The notes: generated by a model from the letters alone, not told the origin. 64,000 bases of DNA from Planctomycetota bacterium (GCA_003576915.1 QEVF01000009.1:17638-81637); one strand, 5' to 3'. Counted from the first letter of the stretch, positions 9,191-19,511 are shown. Made by a program: numbers and translations.

Positions 9191-10282
9191 CTACTTGCCC
9201 TGCCTGATTCTCGCCAGGGCGTCCACGGCCGACTGCGCCAGCGCCCTTCTCTCCGCCCCCTGACCCGCAAGCGTTTGGCCCTCTCCTTCAAAGCTCCGCG
9301 GGTTGTAGGCCGGCGCAACCTCCATCACCGCCGCCGACCGCACGGCCTCGCCCGTCGCGCCGCCTGAACCATCCACCGCTGCTCCGGCCCTGCCCTCTTC
9401 GGCGGCCCGGGCCCTGGCTCCCGCCGCCGCGGCCGCCTGCTCAACGCGGCGCGCCAGCTCTTCCTGCGCCGACACGTCCGCCGGCACCTTCTCCGGCAGA
9501 ATCTGATCAAGCGATTCACTGCGGCCTCCCTGAGACGCCCGTGCCTTCTCCAGTGCCGCCTGCCTTTCTTCCGCCGTCGCCCTCGGGTCGCGCAGCACCG
9601 ACGCCAGCTCCTTCATGCTTGCCTGCTCGCGGCGAAGTCCCATGGCCTGCTCAAAGGCCTTGAGGTCGTCCGCACTGCCGCTGCTGGCGGCCCCTGACGC
9701 AGTTCGGCCGGACACCGCCGGCGCGCCCGCGCCAGGCTTTGCGGCCACTTCCAACGGCAGCCGCGCCGCCGCAAGCCAGGCCACCAGGGCCAGGAGCGCC
9801 GCCAGGGGGCCCGCCACAAGCCAACGACTCGCCACGGCCGGAGGTAACTCCAGCGGCCCGCCTTCAGCCGCCCGCACCTGCGCAATGCCAAGCAGCGCGG
9901 GGCCGAAGGCTCCCGTGCCGGCAGCCGCAAGCGCCGTGGAAATGACAGCATCAGAATCTTTGCGCCCCATCTCCAACGCCAGCGCACAATCCGTGGCGTC
10001 TGGCAGGCGCCACCCCTTCATCGCGCGAACAAGCTCCACCAGCGCGCCCGCAGCCATGCCCGCAAAGGAAAGAGGCTGCCACAACGCCCAGGCCGAGCCA
10101 AAGGCCAGCCAGGGCAGCCAGGCGAGCAACACCACGGCGGACAGAGCACCGGCCGCACCGCCAGCCAGCAGGCGCGGCACCACGCGCGCAATCTGCCGCC
10201 CCACCAGGCGGGTTCGCATGGTCGCCAGGGCGCCCTTCAATGCGGGATTGAGTGCAACTCCGCCGGCCTGTGTCGTGCTCAC
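9191..10282 (-). CDS. Ala-rich membrane protein, unknown function
   Basis: Several hydrophobic helices in the N-terminal half and a coiled or low-complexity C-terminal half. The 3' end overlaps the MIPS region by spacing only. Confidence 0.45.
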   Translation of the reverse strand: MSTTQAGGVALNPALKGALATMRTRLVGRQIARVVPRLLAGGAAGALSAVVLLAWLPWLAFGSAWALWQPLSFAGMAAGALVELVRAMKGWRLPDATDCALALEMGRKDSDAVISTALAAAGTGAFGPALLGIAQVRAAEGGPLELPPAVASRWLVAGPLAALLALVAWLAAARLPLEVAAKPGAGAPAVSGRTASGAASSGSADDLKAFEQAMGLRREQASMKELASVLRDPRATAEERQAALEKARASQGGRSESLDQILPEKVPADVSAQEELARRVEQAAAAAGARARAAEEGRAGAAVDGSGGATGEAVRSAAVMEVAPAYNPRSFEGEGQTLAGQGAERRALAQSAVDALARIRQGK

Positions 10283-11046
10283 GGCTTCTCCGGCTCGAAA
10301 ACCAGCACGACATGGGCCCCGGCGCGCGGCAGGCCCGGTGCGTCGGGGTTGGGAGAGTAGACATCACTCACTGCGCCGTGTTTGGCGCGGTTGTCGATGA
10401 TGCAACTGGCGTCGTGCCAAACCGCTGCCATGTTCCCCAACTGGTCCGCGGCCACTACGCTGCGGTTGGCTTCGGGCATGTATTGCTCGATGCCGCCCGT
10501 AAATACAAACATTCCATACTCGGGCGGCCGCTTCTCCACCGCGTTCCACAGCCAGTCCTCCACGCGGGCCATGGTCACGTTGCCCGTGTCGCGGTGTGTG
10601 AAGCGCACCGAGATCCTTACGCCGTCGCCCTGGGGCACTTCGGGGTAGCCGCGCCCCTGGGCTTTGACCGCGGCCTCGGTCAGGCCGATAATCTCCAGAC
10701 CCCGCTTGACGTGCTCACTGCGCGCCGTGACGGTGAACAGGGCCTCGTGGGCCGAACCGCCGGGGCCCACAATCAGGAACTCCAGGGGGCGGCGCTGGCC
10801 GCCCAATAGCGTGGCCTCCAACTCCACCCGCTTGAGTGCGGGGTAAACCTTCAGCCCGCCCTCAAATGAAATGAACTCGTCGCTCTGCGATGGCAGCGTC
10901 ACTTTTTCGGGCGCGGCGGGAGCGGCCGTGTTGACTGCGGGTCCGTTCTGCGGCCTGCGCGGCGGCGGCGCATCGGCGGCGCGGCACCCGTGAAACAGGC
11001 AGGCAGCCGCGACGACCGCCATCACTGTTCTGAAGTCTCTTGCCAT
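10279..11046 (-). CDS. Lipoprotein, possibly YdjY-domain like
   Basis: The ATG at 11046 gives MARDFRTVMAVVAAACLFHGC, a signal peptide with a Cys. The family assignment rests on my recognition of LEFLIVGPGG..HEALF-type blocks only. Confidence 0.5.
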   Translation of the reverse strand: MARDFRTVMAVVAAACLFHGCRAADAPPPRRPQNGPAVNTAAPAAPEKVTLPSQSDEFISFEGGLKVYPALKRVELEATLLGGQRRPLEFLIVGPGGSAHEALFTVTARSEHVKRGLEIIGLTEAAVKAQGRGYPEVPQGDGVRISVRFTHRDTGNVTMARVEDWLWNAVEKRPPEYGMFVFTGGIEQYMPEANRSVVAADQLGNMAAVWHDASCIIDNRAKHGAVSDVYSPNPDAPGLPRAGAHVVLVFEPEKP

Positions 11047-11153
11047 GGCACCACCCGCAAAGTGTTCCCAAAGCTTCAGCATTCTGACGAGTTTAGCGGA
11101 GATTGGTTCGCCGGAAACGCTGATTTGACATTGACTTAGGTCCCCAGTGCCTC

Positions 11154-11771
11154 TCAAGGCCGTCGGGGTAGCCGCCCCAGAGCATCCATGAATTTGAACG
11201 TCATTTCATACTCGGGCATCCGGGCCTTCTTGCGGTCCTTGTTGACGGCATGAACCACGTCGATACCCAGCACCACAAAGGCCCAGGGCGCGGTCTGGCC
11301 TGAAGCGCCCTCACGGGCGCTGCCGGCAAAGCTGACTTCTATTTTCTCGATGACGGCTCCGCTCTGCATGATGCTGCGCTCGACGGCTTCCTTGACCGCG
11401 CCGAACACCCGCCGATAGGGCTCGCGGGAAGCGGCAACGCCCGCGTCGCGGCCGCTGCGCGGCAGCAGGTCAGAGAGAGCGACGCGGGAGTTCTCGACCA
11501 CGCGCCTGCCCCTGGACCCCAGCGCCACGACAAACTGGCCCTGGCCGGCCGCAGCGTCCCACTCGCAATAGAGGGTAACCTGCTCGCGCATGACGGGGGG
11601 TGCGCCGGTGAGCCCGTCCTTGGTGCTCAGGTTCGACTCCATGACCAGCTCCTCAGGCCTGAAGTGGGTGCAGACGATGAAGAAGATGAGCAACTGGAAC
11701 ACACAGTCGATCATCGGGGTCATGTCAAAGGTTGGGTGGCTTTCGCTGCGTCTTCTCCTGCGAACGAGCAT
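11154..11771 (-). CDS. exbD: ExbD/TolR-family protein with extended C-terminal domain (paralog 3)
   Basis: MLVRRRRRSESHPTFDMTPMIDCVFQLLIFFIVCT aligns residue-for-residue with the two upstream paralogs. GGAGA lies 6 nt upstream of the ATG at 11771. Confidence 0.8.
   Translation of the reverse strand: MLVRRRRRSESHPTFDMTPMIDCVFQLLIFFIVCTHFRPEELVMESNLSTKDGLTGAPPVMREQVTLYCEWDAAAGQGQFVVALGSRGRRVVENSRVALSDLLPRSGRDAGVAASREPYRRVFGAVKEAVERSIMQSGAVIEKIEVSFAGSAREGASGQTAPWAFVVLGIDVVHAVNKDRKKARMPEYEMTFKFMDALGRLPRRP
11670..11730. repeat. Copy 1 of a ~61-nt near-identical segment shared by the three exbD paralogs
   Basis: gcagacgatgaagaagatgagcaactggaacacacagtcgatcatcggggtcatgtcaaag differs at 2 positions from the copy at 12970-13030. 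Confidence 0.9.
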
Positions 11772-11893
11772 GGGAAGTCTCCATGTGGAAGGCCTCCCCG
11801 GGAAATGCTGCAAACGGCACCGCCGCCGGCCTGTTCGAAAAAAGCGGCGCGGGCGCGATGATCTCGCGCCCGCGCCCTCCCTGATTGCACGTG

Positions 11894-12538
11894 TTACTTC
11901 GCGGCGCCGCCGCCGCCGGGCTTCATGCCGGCGGTGCGTCCGTAGGCGTCAGCGAACTTGAAGGTCACGCTGAGTTCCGGCTTGTTGGCCGCCTTGCGCT
12001 TGGTGTTGATTTCGGAGGAGGCGTCAATGGCCATGGAGACGAACATCCACGGCGCCGTGCCCGAAGAGACGCCCGCCACGGCGTTCTTGGCGAAGCTGAT
12101 TTCCAGCTTCTCAATCTTGGCGCCGCTGCGCTCGATGTAGTTCTCAACGGCGTCCACGAGAGCCTTGTGCACCGTGCGGTAGCGGTTCTTCTTCTCGGCA
12201 ATGCTGCCCATGCCGTCGCCGTCCATCACCACGATATCCAGCAGGCCCATGCGGGTGCCCTCCACCACTTTGCGGCCGCGGGCGCCGATGGCAACGACGT
12301 ACTGGTTTGTGGCCGTGGCTTCATCCCAGTCGCAGTAAACCGTGATCTGCTCCTTGGGCAAAGCCGCCGCCGCGCTGAGACCTTCATCGGTGGGCAGGTC
12401 GGCGCGCATGGAGCGCTCCTCCTGTTTGAAGCGGGTACACACGATGAAGAAGATGAGCAACTGGAACACGCAGTCGATCATGGGCGTCATGTCGAACGTG
12501 GGTGTCTTGTCGTCGCGCCTTCTGCGTTTGAGTGCCAT
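11894..12538 (-). CDS. exbD: ExbD/TolR-family protein with extended C-terminal domain (paralog 2)
   Basis: MALKRRRRDDKTPTFDMTPMIDCVFQLLIFFIVCT. The C-terminal ~130 aa resemble those of paralog 3. Confidence 0.8.
   Translation of the reverse strand: MALKRRRRDDKTPTFDMTPMIDCVFQLLIFFIVCTRFKQEERSMRADLPTDEGLSAAAALPKEQITVYCDWDEATATNQYVVAIGARGRKVVEGTRMGLLDIVVMDGDGMGSIAEKKNRYRTVHKALVDAVENYIERSGAKIEKLEISFAKNAVAGVSSGTAPWMFVSMAIDASSEINTKRKAANKPELSVTFKFADAYGRTAGMKPGGGGAAK
12438..12496. repeat. Copy 2 of the exbD N-terminal nucleotide repeat
   Basis: The core acgatgaagaagatgagcaactggaacacgcagtcgatcat is identical to copy 3. Confidence 0.85.
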
Positions 12539-12565
12539 GTTCTGCTCCGGTTCTGAAGAAAGGAA

Positions 12566-13072
12566 TTACTCGTTCATTTCCTTCAGGACGTAAACCTTGA
12601 TTTTGTACATGCGCACTTCGACCATCAGCTCAATCAGCTTGGCGAACTCCCCGGCCGGTGCGCGGGCGTCCACGCGCACGGCAATGAGGTTCTCGCTGCG
12701 ATTGTCGGCCTCACTCCAGCCGGGAAGCTTGCGCGTTACATCCACCCGGCGGGCTTCCTGGTTCAGAATCGCCTTCATTTCGTCCGGCGACTTGGGCGTC
12801 GGCGCGCCGTAGCAGAACCACCCGAACTCTTTGGGCAGGTCTTCGTACGACCCCTGATTCACCGGCGCCACGTGGATGGTGAAGAGCTTGGGCGCGGACT
12901 TCTCTTCGGCCACAGCCGAGAGCGCGTCGGGCAGGCGCAACTGAACGTTCTCCTGCTGCGTGATCTGCGTGCAGACGATGAAGAAGATGAGCAACTGGAA
13001 CACGCAGTCGATCATCGGCGTCATGTCAAAGCCGATGGGCGGGTTCTCGTTCTTTTTGCGGTTCAGCGCCAT
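12566..13072 (-). CDS. exbD: ExbD/TolR-family protein (paralog 1, canonical length)
   Basis: MALNRKKNENPPIGFDMTPMIDCVFQLLIFFIVCT; 168 aa. Confidence 0.85.
   Translation of the reverse strand: MALNRKKNENPPIGFDMTPMIDCVFQLLIFFIVCTQITQQENVQLRLPDALSAVAEEKSAPKLFTIHVAPVNQGSYEDLPKEFGWFCYGAPTPKSPDEMKAILNQEARRVDVTRKLPGWSEADNRSENLIAVRVDARAPAGEFAKLIELMVEVRMYKIKVYVLKEMNE
12970..13030. repeat. Copy 3 of the exbD N-terminal nucleotide repeat
   Basis: See the copies at 11670-11730 and 12438-12496. Confidence 0.9.
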
Positions 13073-13102
13073 GGGTTACTCCGCTTTCCCTGAGTCGTTG
13101 AG

Positions 13103-13849
13103 TTAGCCCTGCTGCTGGGCGGCGTAACCCGAGATCGTGGTCAGCATCTCGTCCACCACCAACGCCACGGAGTTCACGATGTCGTTGGCCTTGTTCTTGA
13201 AGAACCAGTAAGCCACGATGCCGGGAATCGCGATGCAGAGACCCACAACGGTCGAGAGCAGCGCCAGGGCGATACCGCCCGACACCATCTTCGGGTTTAC
13301 CTGGCCGCCAGGCGCGTTCTCAATGGTGGCAAATGTATCCACCATGCCTGTCACCGTGCCGAACAGACCCATCATGGGGCCAATGGCCACACACACCGAA
13401 ATGGGGCCCAGATGGCGATCGAGCTTCTCGCCCTCAATGCTGAACTGGAACGAAGCTGCGTCCTTGGCGGCGTCAGGGCCGGCCGAAACCTTGTTCAGGG
13501 CCGCGGCAATGGAGCGCGTCAGCATGTTCGGGGTCGCCTCACAGTACTGCAGCGCACCCTCGAGGTCGCCTTCGTCGATGTAGTTCTGGAGCGCTGCAAT
13601 GCACTCCGGCGCCACCAGCTTGTCGCGGCGCACATTGACGAAGCACTCGATAATCCACCCGAACAGGAAGATGGACGTCAAGAGAATCATGCTCTGCGTC
13701 AGAATGCCGAACCAGCCCGACGGAATACCGAGCAGCTTCTCGCCCAGCGAATAGCTTGGCATTTCTTCCGCCAGCAGGGCGGGCGCAAAGGCCGACGCCA
13801 AGCCGAACGCGGCAATGACGAACAACGCGTGCTTGTGCTTCTGGAACAT
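13103..13849 (-). CDS. exbB: MotA/TolQ/ExbB proton-channel protein
   Basis: Three TM helices and the family block GPMMGLFGTVTGMVDTF. Confidence 0.85.
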   Translation of the reverse strand: MFQKHKHALFVIAAFGLASAFAPALLAEEMPSYSLGEKLLGIPSGWFGILTQSMILLTSIFLFGWIIECFVNVRRDKLVAPECIAALQNYIDEGDLEGALQYCEATPNMLTRSIAAALNKVSAGPDAAKDAASFQFSIEGEKLDRHLGPISVCVAIGPMMGLFGTVTGMVDTFATIENAPGGQVNPKMVSGGIALALLSTVVGLCIAIPGIVAYWFFKNKANDIVNSVALVVDEMLTTISGYAAQQQG

Positions 13850-14121
13850 GTGAGCCTCTCAGGCAGGGTTGACCATCGCCCAGGTACGGACGCCGTAGCC
13901 GGGCAAAATCAGGGATTACGATGACAAACGGCCAAGGCCGCGGGCGGTTCAAAAAAACTGCCTGGCAGAGCCGGAACCAGGGCCGCCCAAGACCTGGCTG
14001 GTCGTTGAAGACGTGGCATCGGCCACACTTTCAACCTGGTCGGGGCCTCGCTGAATCGGGCCCCACCTCTGATTCAAGCGGCGTTTCAGCCCCCTGAAAC
14101 GCGCAAGCCATCCATGGCCTG

Positions 14122-15453
14122 CTAGGATTTGAAGCGGTCGATAGCCTTGGTGATTTCCGCCACTTTGGGGTCGTTGGCGGCGTTCGTGTTGCCCAAAGTT
14201 GTGCGCAGCTCAAACATGTAACGTTCGGCCGTTTCCGCGTGGCGCTTGGCGACTTCCTTATCCTTGGCCAGCTTGGCCATCTCCGCGCAGGCATTGGCCG
14301 CGCCCAGCAGCGCGAGGCTTCGGAAGTCCGCGTCGCCCGCAAACACCGACAGGGAATTGGCGTAGCTTTGCAGCGCCAGCGCCCAGTCATCGGAATTCTT
14401 GGCGTTGGCCGAGCGCACCATGCCCATGCCGAGATAGGAACCACAAACCTGGTAGGCGGCATCCTGGGTGATCCAGTTGTTCTTGGGCGGGCTCTTTACC
14501 GCCTTCTGCTCGGCCTCCCACTCGCGGATCGGGGCCGAAAAGCGCGACTGGGCGCCCGTCGGATTGCCCTCCTGCACCAGCAGGAAACCCACCTTCAGAC
14601 CCGCCTGAATCGAATCACGGCTTGGCCGGCCGCCGTTGCGCTTGAGCGCAGCCGACGCCAGCTTCTCATAGATCTCACGGGCACGCTTCACGCCGTCCTT
14701 GCTGGCTTCCGCCAGCGCGCCCGCGGCGCGCAGGGCCCGGATGGACCAGTCAATGTATTCGGGCCGGGCCGACTTCTGATTGAGCGCGAGGGTCAGTTCC
14801 TCCAGCTTGCCGTACCCCTTGGAGAAGGCTTCATCGTTCTTGCCGTCGCGGGCCAGGGCGTCGCCCAGACCCTCCAGCGCATCCAGATACAGGCGGTGGA
14901 GGTTCCCGGCCTCCTTCACCGCGGCCCCGGTGGGCGACGCAAAAGCCACGCCGCGCACGGGGTTCGACGGGATGTTGGGCTTGTTGGCGCCCAGCGCCGC
15001 CGCCGCCTCTGCTTCCTTCAGGTAGGCCATGAACGCGGCAGCCGCGTCGGCAAACATGCCTTGAAGCAACTTGCCGCGCGCCACGAAGTAGAGAGAGCAG
15101 AGTTTGACGCGAAGTTTGTCGCCTTCGTCGGTCAGGCCCTTGGGCGGGTTGTCCAGGTAGCCCTGAGCGTCCTTTTCGAGGGCGTCGCCGCGGCCGGCGA
15201 GCAGCTTTTTGGCGAGGCCGTTGAACTGGTCCATGCCATTGAGCGTGTAACGCACCTGTTCGACGTCCCAGATGTCGATGCGCGAACCCGGCTGCCGGTT
15301 GGCGTCCTTCCACTCGATGCCGGACAGCGTCTCTGCCTCGATGGAGCGGAACGCGGTGGTGCTGCCATCTCTGCGCAGCACGGTGCCTTCTGCCGCAAAG
15401 AGGGCGGGCGAGAGTGCAAGGGCGCAGAGCGCGGTGAGTGCAAGCCTGTTCAT
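14122..15453 (-). CDS. Secreted helical/TPR-like repeat protein
   Basis: Signal peptide MNRLALTALCALALSPALFA. The rest is alpha-helical repeat-like (A/L/K/E rich). Confidence 0.6.
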   Translation of the reverse strand: MNRLALTALCALALSPALFAAEGTVLRRDGSTTAFRSIEAETLSGIEWKDANRQPGSRIDIWDVEQVRYTLNGMDQFNGLAKKLLAGRGDALEKDAQGYLDNPPKGLTDEGDKLRVKLCSLYFVARGKLLQGMFADAAAAFMAYLKEAEAAAALGANKPNIPSNPVRGVAFASPTGAAVKEAGNLHRLYLDALEGLGDALARDGKNDEAFSKGYGKLEELTLALNQKSARPEYIDWSIRALRAAGALAEASKDGVKRAREIYEKLASAALKRNGGRPSRDSIQAGLKVGFLLVQEGNPTGAQSRFSAPIREWEAEQKAVKSPPKNNWITQDAAYQVCGSYLGMGMVRSANAKNSDDWALALQSYANSLSVFAGDADFRSLALLGAANACAEMAKLAKDKEVAKRHAETAERYMFELRTTLGNTNAANDPKVAEITKAIDRFKS

Positions 15454-15488
15454 GATTCTTTCCCGTAAGAGTTTTCGCCTGGCGTCGG

Positions 15489-18400
15489 TCAGCGCATTTT
15501 GAGTTTCTTCGCCTCGGCCTCGAGCTGATCGGCGGCCTTGGTCAGCCCGGCCTTGAACTTCTTGGTGTCCTCGTCTTCAAAGCCCAGATTCGGCAGGGCC
15601 TTGTTGCGCAGCAAGGTCAGCGTGTCGTCGACCTCGCGCTTGACCAGGACTTCGCTGGCCAGCTCTTCAATGCCCATGGCCTGCTTTCCGTACTTGCGCA
15701 GCCAGTCCGTGGTGAGCTGTCCCCAGGCCAGGAGGCTCTTGCGGTACTCCGGACGGTAGGGATGGTCGTCCAGCTGCGCAAAGCTTGTCCACTGGTCGAG
15801 GTGAATGCGGCGAGCACGCCAGAGGTAGTCGGCCTCGCTCTTGGGCAGGGCCTGGACCTTCTTGGGGTCGGCCTCAAGCCACACGTTGAACTGGTCTACA
15901 AAGGGCGGATACTCGACAGCGGGCCCCTTGAGGGCATGCAGTTCAAGGAAGATGGCAATCAGCGTGTCAATGGTGTCGAGGTAATACAGTTCGATCTGCG
16001 CCTTGAAGGTCAGCTCGAACAGGACGCCGCCGCGCTGGCTCTTGGCCATTTCGTTGACGTTGCGGACGATCACGAAGCAGTAGGCGCGCCGCATCAGCAC
16101 TGCCGCCTTCTTGAGATCCTCCACGTTGCGGCTTTCCTTGTACTGCTCAAAGTAGGCGCGTCCGAGCTGGTACTTCAGCTCCAGCTCTTCGCCGCTCCTG
16201 GTTCCGCCGCACAGCGGAGGCTTGGCCTGGCGGTTGGTGGGAATCAGCAGCTCATTGCCGAAATACTTGCTCTTCTGGTGCAGGTCGAGGCACTGCTGGA
16301 GATAGAAGATGGCGCGCTTCCAGTCGCGGACACGGAAGTAGTTCTTGCCCAGAATCAGCAGGTCCGCCGGCGGCAACTCGGCGTTGCCGGAGCCGCGCGT
16401 TTCACGCCAGCGTTCGTAATAGGTGAGCACCTTGGTGAGCATGGGGCGCATGCGTTCATCGAGGCTGGCCGAAGTCTCCTCGAGAAAACCGCCGAAATCG
16501 TAGATGAAGGTCGTGCCCACGAAGTAGGCCAGGTGCGCGGTATTCAGGCTCACCTGGGTGTTCAGTGTGGCATACAGGCCGGCCTTGTCCGCGGGCAGCT
16601 TGGTGTCGCGGGCCTGGGCGTCCAGCCGGTCCAGCAGTTCCGTGTTGGCGCCGGTCGTCAGCTTCTGGGCGTCGGAACGGATGGAGTCATAGGCCTTGTC
16701 CTTGATCAGCGCGTCAAACTCGGCGCGCACGGCATCGCCCCAGCGCTTGGGGTAGGACTCCGCGTACTCCTTCCAGCGTTTCTCCAGGATGGGCAAGAGC
16801 TCCGGCGTCACCAGCGTGGCGACGTTCTTGTCCGTGCCCAGGGCGACTTTGACCAGCCACTCATCCCAGAAGTGCTGGGCGAGGAGGCGGTGCTTTTCGA
16901 GCGTGTTCTTGGCGGCGTTGTACTTGTCCAGCTTTTCCTTGTTGGAGCCCAAGGCGCCCTCAGACTTGAAAAGGCCGATCTTGAGCTGGTTGAACAGCGA
17001 GCGGAGATTGGTGGAGGCGTTGGTCAGTGCCTGGGTGCGCGGATTGAGGGTGTCGATGAAAATGGTGTAGATGCGGGCAATCATGTCCGCGATCTTCTTC
17101 TTCTGGTCGGGGAAGGCGGCCTCGTAGGCGCGCAGCAGTGCCTCGGCGCCGTCGCCGTCCTGCTCTTCCGCCAGGCCCCAGAAGGAAAGCTCGATGACCG
17201 CGCGCTGCACCTCCGCCGCCGAAGCGAAGTGGGAGCCAAACAGGTCCCAGTGGCGCTTGAGGATCGTGAGCGCCGTGGCGCGGTTGGCGTTGCGCAACTC
17301 GTCGCGCTTGGCGTCGGATTTGGCGGGATTGCGCATCAGAAAGGCGTACCAGTAGGCCGCACGGCCCATCATTTCCATTTCATCGCTGGGCTGCCGCGAA
17401 CGCTCGGGCTGCTGCTTCCAGCGCTCCTGCATGACTTCCGCGACGGCCAGGAAACACTGCACGAGGTTGTCCTTGTCGGGGCTGACGCGCTCCTTGATGT
17501 CGTCCCAGTTGCGCAGCACCACCACCAGCATGTACTTCTTGAAGTAATAGACGGCCTTGTGCCACATGGCGACATCGACCTTGAGGGCCGTGTCGGCCAT
17601 GGCGGCAAAGTGGGCTTCCTCCTGCTTCTCCCAGATCTGCTTGGGCAGGCCCTCGAAGTCGCGGGCGTGGCGGGCCTTCTGCTCCGCAAAGAACTCCGCC
17701 GTTTCCTGCTCATTGGCCTCGCCGGAGCGGCTGGGGTGGCGGGCGGCAGCGTCCTCAATCTGGTTGGCATAGGCCGTGGCCGCAAAATACATGGCGATGC
17801 GGAACTTCTTGTAGCGCACCGGCAGCGAGGCATAGCGCACGGCGGCCTGGGAGAACTTCTTGGCGTTGTAAAGCTTGCCGGCGTTGGCAAAGGCTAGGTC
17901 GTTGACGGCGTCTTCGCCGCCGAGCTTGGCCTTGAAGTCGTCAGCCTCGGTCTTGAGGCCTTCAAACGTCTTGTTGCCGGGCTCCCCGAACTTGCCGCTC
18001 ACCAGCCAGCCGGCGACCTTGGAGTAGGCCTTGGCCATTTCGCCGGGAAAGTCATAGGCCGACTTGGTGTCGGTGATCAGGTCGCACATGTTCTTCATGT
18101 GGTCCGGCACGGGCTGGCCCGCCTCGGGGGCGGTGTCGCCGTTGTCCTTGCCGAACTTGTAGACGAAGTACCACGTGCGCAGGCAGGCCTCACGATAGGC
18201 CATGGCGCCATCGACGTAACGATGCAGCAGATCAGAGTAGATCGTGGCGATCTTTGAGAAGCACTCGGGCGCATAGGTTTCAAACGACTGCACGCTGGTG
18301 CACTCCGCCAGCAGCAACTGGTAGGCGCGCAGCACCTTCAGGATGGGCCCGTAGCCCACGATCACCGCGTCCTTGATCACGGCCTTGCCGCAGCGCAGGC

Positions 18401-19511
18401 GCAGCTCCGGCGAAACGCCCTCGCCCGCGCCGATGTCCGCCAGCACGGAAAGGGCCTGGCGCTTGAAGTTCAGGTCATTGTCGGATGCCAGCTTGAACAG
18501 CTCGTCCAGGGCCTGATTGATGTTGGCTCCCAGCCGAATCTGGGCGCTGATGCGGAACAGGTTGAAACGCTTGAAATCCGTGGCCAGCTCGCGAATGGAG
18601 CCGTACTGGGTGAACGCCTTCTGATACTGGTCGATGCACTGCTGCAGGAAGCGCCTTTCGTAGCCCAGATCGCCGGTCTGGAGTTCGGCGGCGCGCAACC
18701 AGCCGCGCAGGGCCTGGGACCCGACGTCAGGTCCGGGCGGGTAGTCCGCCAGCAGGCTGGGAATCTCGAGATACTTGGCGACGGCCCCCTCCGGGTTGCG
18801 CAGGGCAAGTTCGATATCGCCCAGCAGCAATACCGCGTCGATCCACTCCACACAGATGTCGAAGCTGAACTGCAGCTCGCTGACCTCGTTGGACGCCTGG
18901 CGGAAGAAGCCCACGCGCTCACTGCTGCCTTCCGGGTAGGTCAAGCCCTTCACATACAGCGAAACACAGATGTTCAGGAATGCCTGGCGATAGTTGTGAG
19001 CCAGCCTGCTGTTGTCCCAGAAAGCCGTGCCCAGCTCATTGCGCTTGGTTTCAAGGGAGCCGCGCTCTTCCTTGAGCGTGCCCAGGGCCTTGTCAACCAG
19101 GACGCGCGCACCCTCGGCGTTGAGGCGGGCCTTGGCCCGTGCCAGCTCGATGCGCAGAATGGCCAGCTCGATGCGGCCGTCCTGGTCTTCAGGGTTGCCG
19201 TAGACTTCCTCGGCGCTTTCGTAGCCTTTGCTCCGGGCGTCGAGGTCGCCGCTGCGCGAAAACTCGTCGTCGGCCTTGGCCTTGAACACGCGCGCGAGCG
19301 CCGAGCGCGCCCGGGACTTTTCGTCGTCTGTGCCGCGGTCCATCTGGCGGCGCAAAAGCTTCTCGGCCTCGTCGTACATCTTGAGGCGAACGCCCAGATA
19401 ATAGCCATAGTCCGAGAGATCCCGGGCCTCGGCCTGGCCCGCGCAAGCCCCCAGCGTGAGCATCAGGGCGAGCGTCGAGAAGATCATCAGATAACTGCCG
19501 CGTGTGAACAT
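15489..19511 (-). CDS. Very large (1340 aa) secreted helical/TPR-like repeat protein
   Basis: Signal-like N-terminus MIFSTLALMLTLGACAG. Protein-like composition throughout; the antisense ORF at 15762-17897 is compositionally a shadow. Confidence 0.7.
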   Translation of the reverse strand: MFTRGSYLMIFSTLALMLTLGACAGQAEARDLSDYGYYLGVRLKMYDEAEKLLRRQMDRGTDDEKSRARSALARVFKAKADDEFSRSGDLDARSKGYESAEEVYGNPEDQDGRIELAILRIELARAKARLNAEGARVLVDKALGTLKEERGSLETKRNELGTAFWDNSRLAHNYRQAFLNICVSLYVKGLTYPEGSSERVGFFRQASNEVSELQFSFDICVEWIDAVLLLGDIELALRNPEGAVAKYLEIPSLLADYPPGPDVGSQALRGWLRAAELQTGDLGYERRFLQQCIDQYQKAFTQYGSIRELATDFKRFNLFRISAQIRLGANINQALDELFKLASDNDLNFKRQALSVLADIGAGEGVSPELRLRCGKAVIKDAVIVGYGPILKVLRAYQLLLAECTSVQSFETYAPECFSKIATIYSDLLHRYVDGAMAYREACLRTWYFVYKFGKDNGDTAPEAGQPVPDHMKNMCDLITDTKSAYDFPGEMAKAYSKVAGWLVSGKFGEPGNKTFEGLKTEADDFKAKLGGEDAVNDLAFANAGKLYNAKKFSQAAVRYASLPVRYKKFRIAMYFAATAYANQIEDAAARHPSRSGEANEQETAEFFAEQKARHARDFEGLPKQIWEKQEEAHFAAMADTALKVDVAMWHKAVYYFKKYMLVVVLRNWDDIKERVSPDKDNLVQCFLAVAEVMQERWKQQPERSRQPSDEMEMMGRAAYWYAFLMRNPAKSDAKRDELRNANRATALTILKRHWDLFGSHFASAAEVQRAVIELSFWGLAEEQDGDGAEALLRAYEAAFPDQKKKIADMIARIYTIFIDTLNPRTQALTNASTNLRSLFNQLKIGLFKSEGALGSNKEKLDKYNAAKNTLEKHRLLAQHFWDEWLVKVALGTDKNVATLVTPELLPILEKRWKEYAESYPKRWGDAVRAEFDALIKDKAYDSIRSDAQKLTTGANTELLDRLDAQARDTKLPADKAGLYATLNTQVSLNTAHLAYFVGTTFIYDFGGFLEETSASLDERMRPMLTKVLTYYERWRETRGSGNAELPPADLLILGKNYFRVRDWKRAIFYLQQCLDLHQKSKYFGNELLIPTNRQAKPPLCGGTRSGEELELKYQLGRAYFEQYKESRNVEDLKKAAVLMRRAYCFVIVRNVNEMAKSQRGGVLFELTFKAQIELYYLDTIDTLIAIFLELHALKGPAVEYPPFVDQFNVWLEADPKKVQALPKSEADYLWRARRIHLDQWTSFAQLDDHPYRPEYRKSLLAWGQLTTDWLRKYGKQAMGIEELASEVLVKREVDDTLTLLRNKALPNLGFEDEDTKKFKAGLTKAADQLEAEAKKLKMR

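Noticed and set aside
14081-14102. 9-bp hairpin GCGTTTCAG-CCCC-CTGAAACGC after the 443-aa TPR gene as a terminator
   Set aside because: No T-tract follows on the minus strand, so the evidence is insufficient to split the envelope cluster here.
15762-17897. 711-aa plus-strand ORF
   Set aside because: It is antisense to the 1340-aa helical-repeat gene and has G/L/V/A/H/Q-rich low-information sequence.
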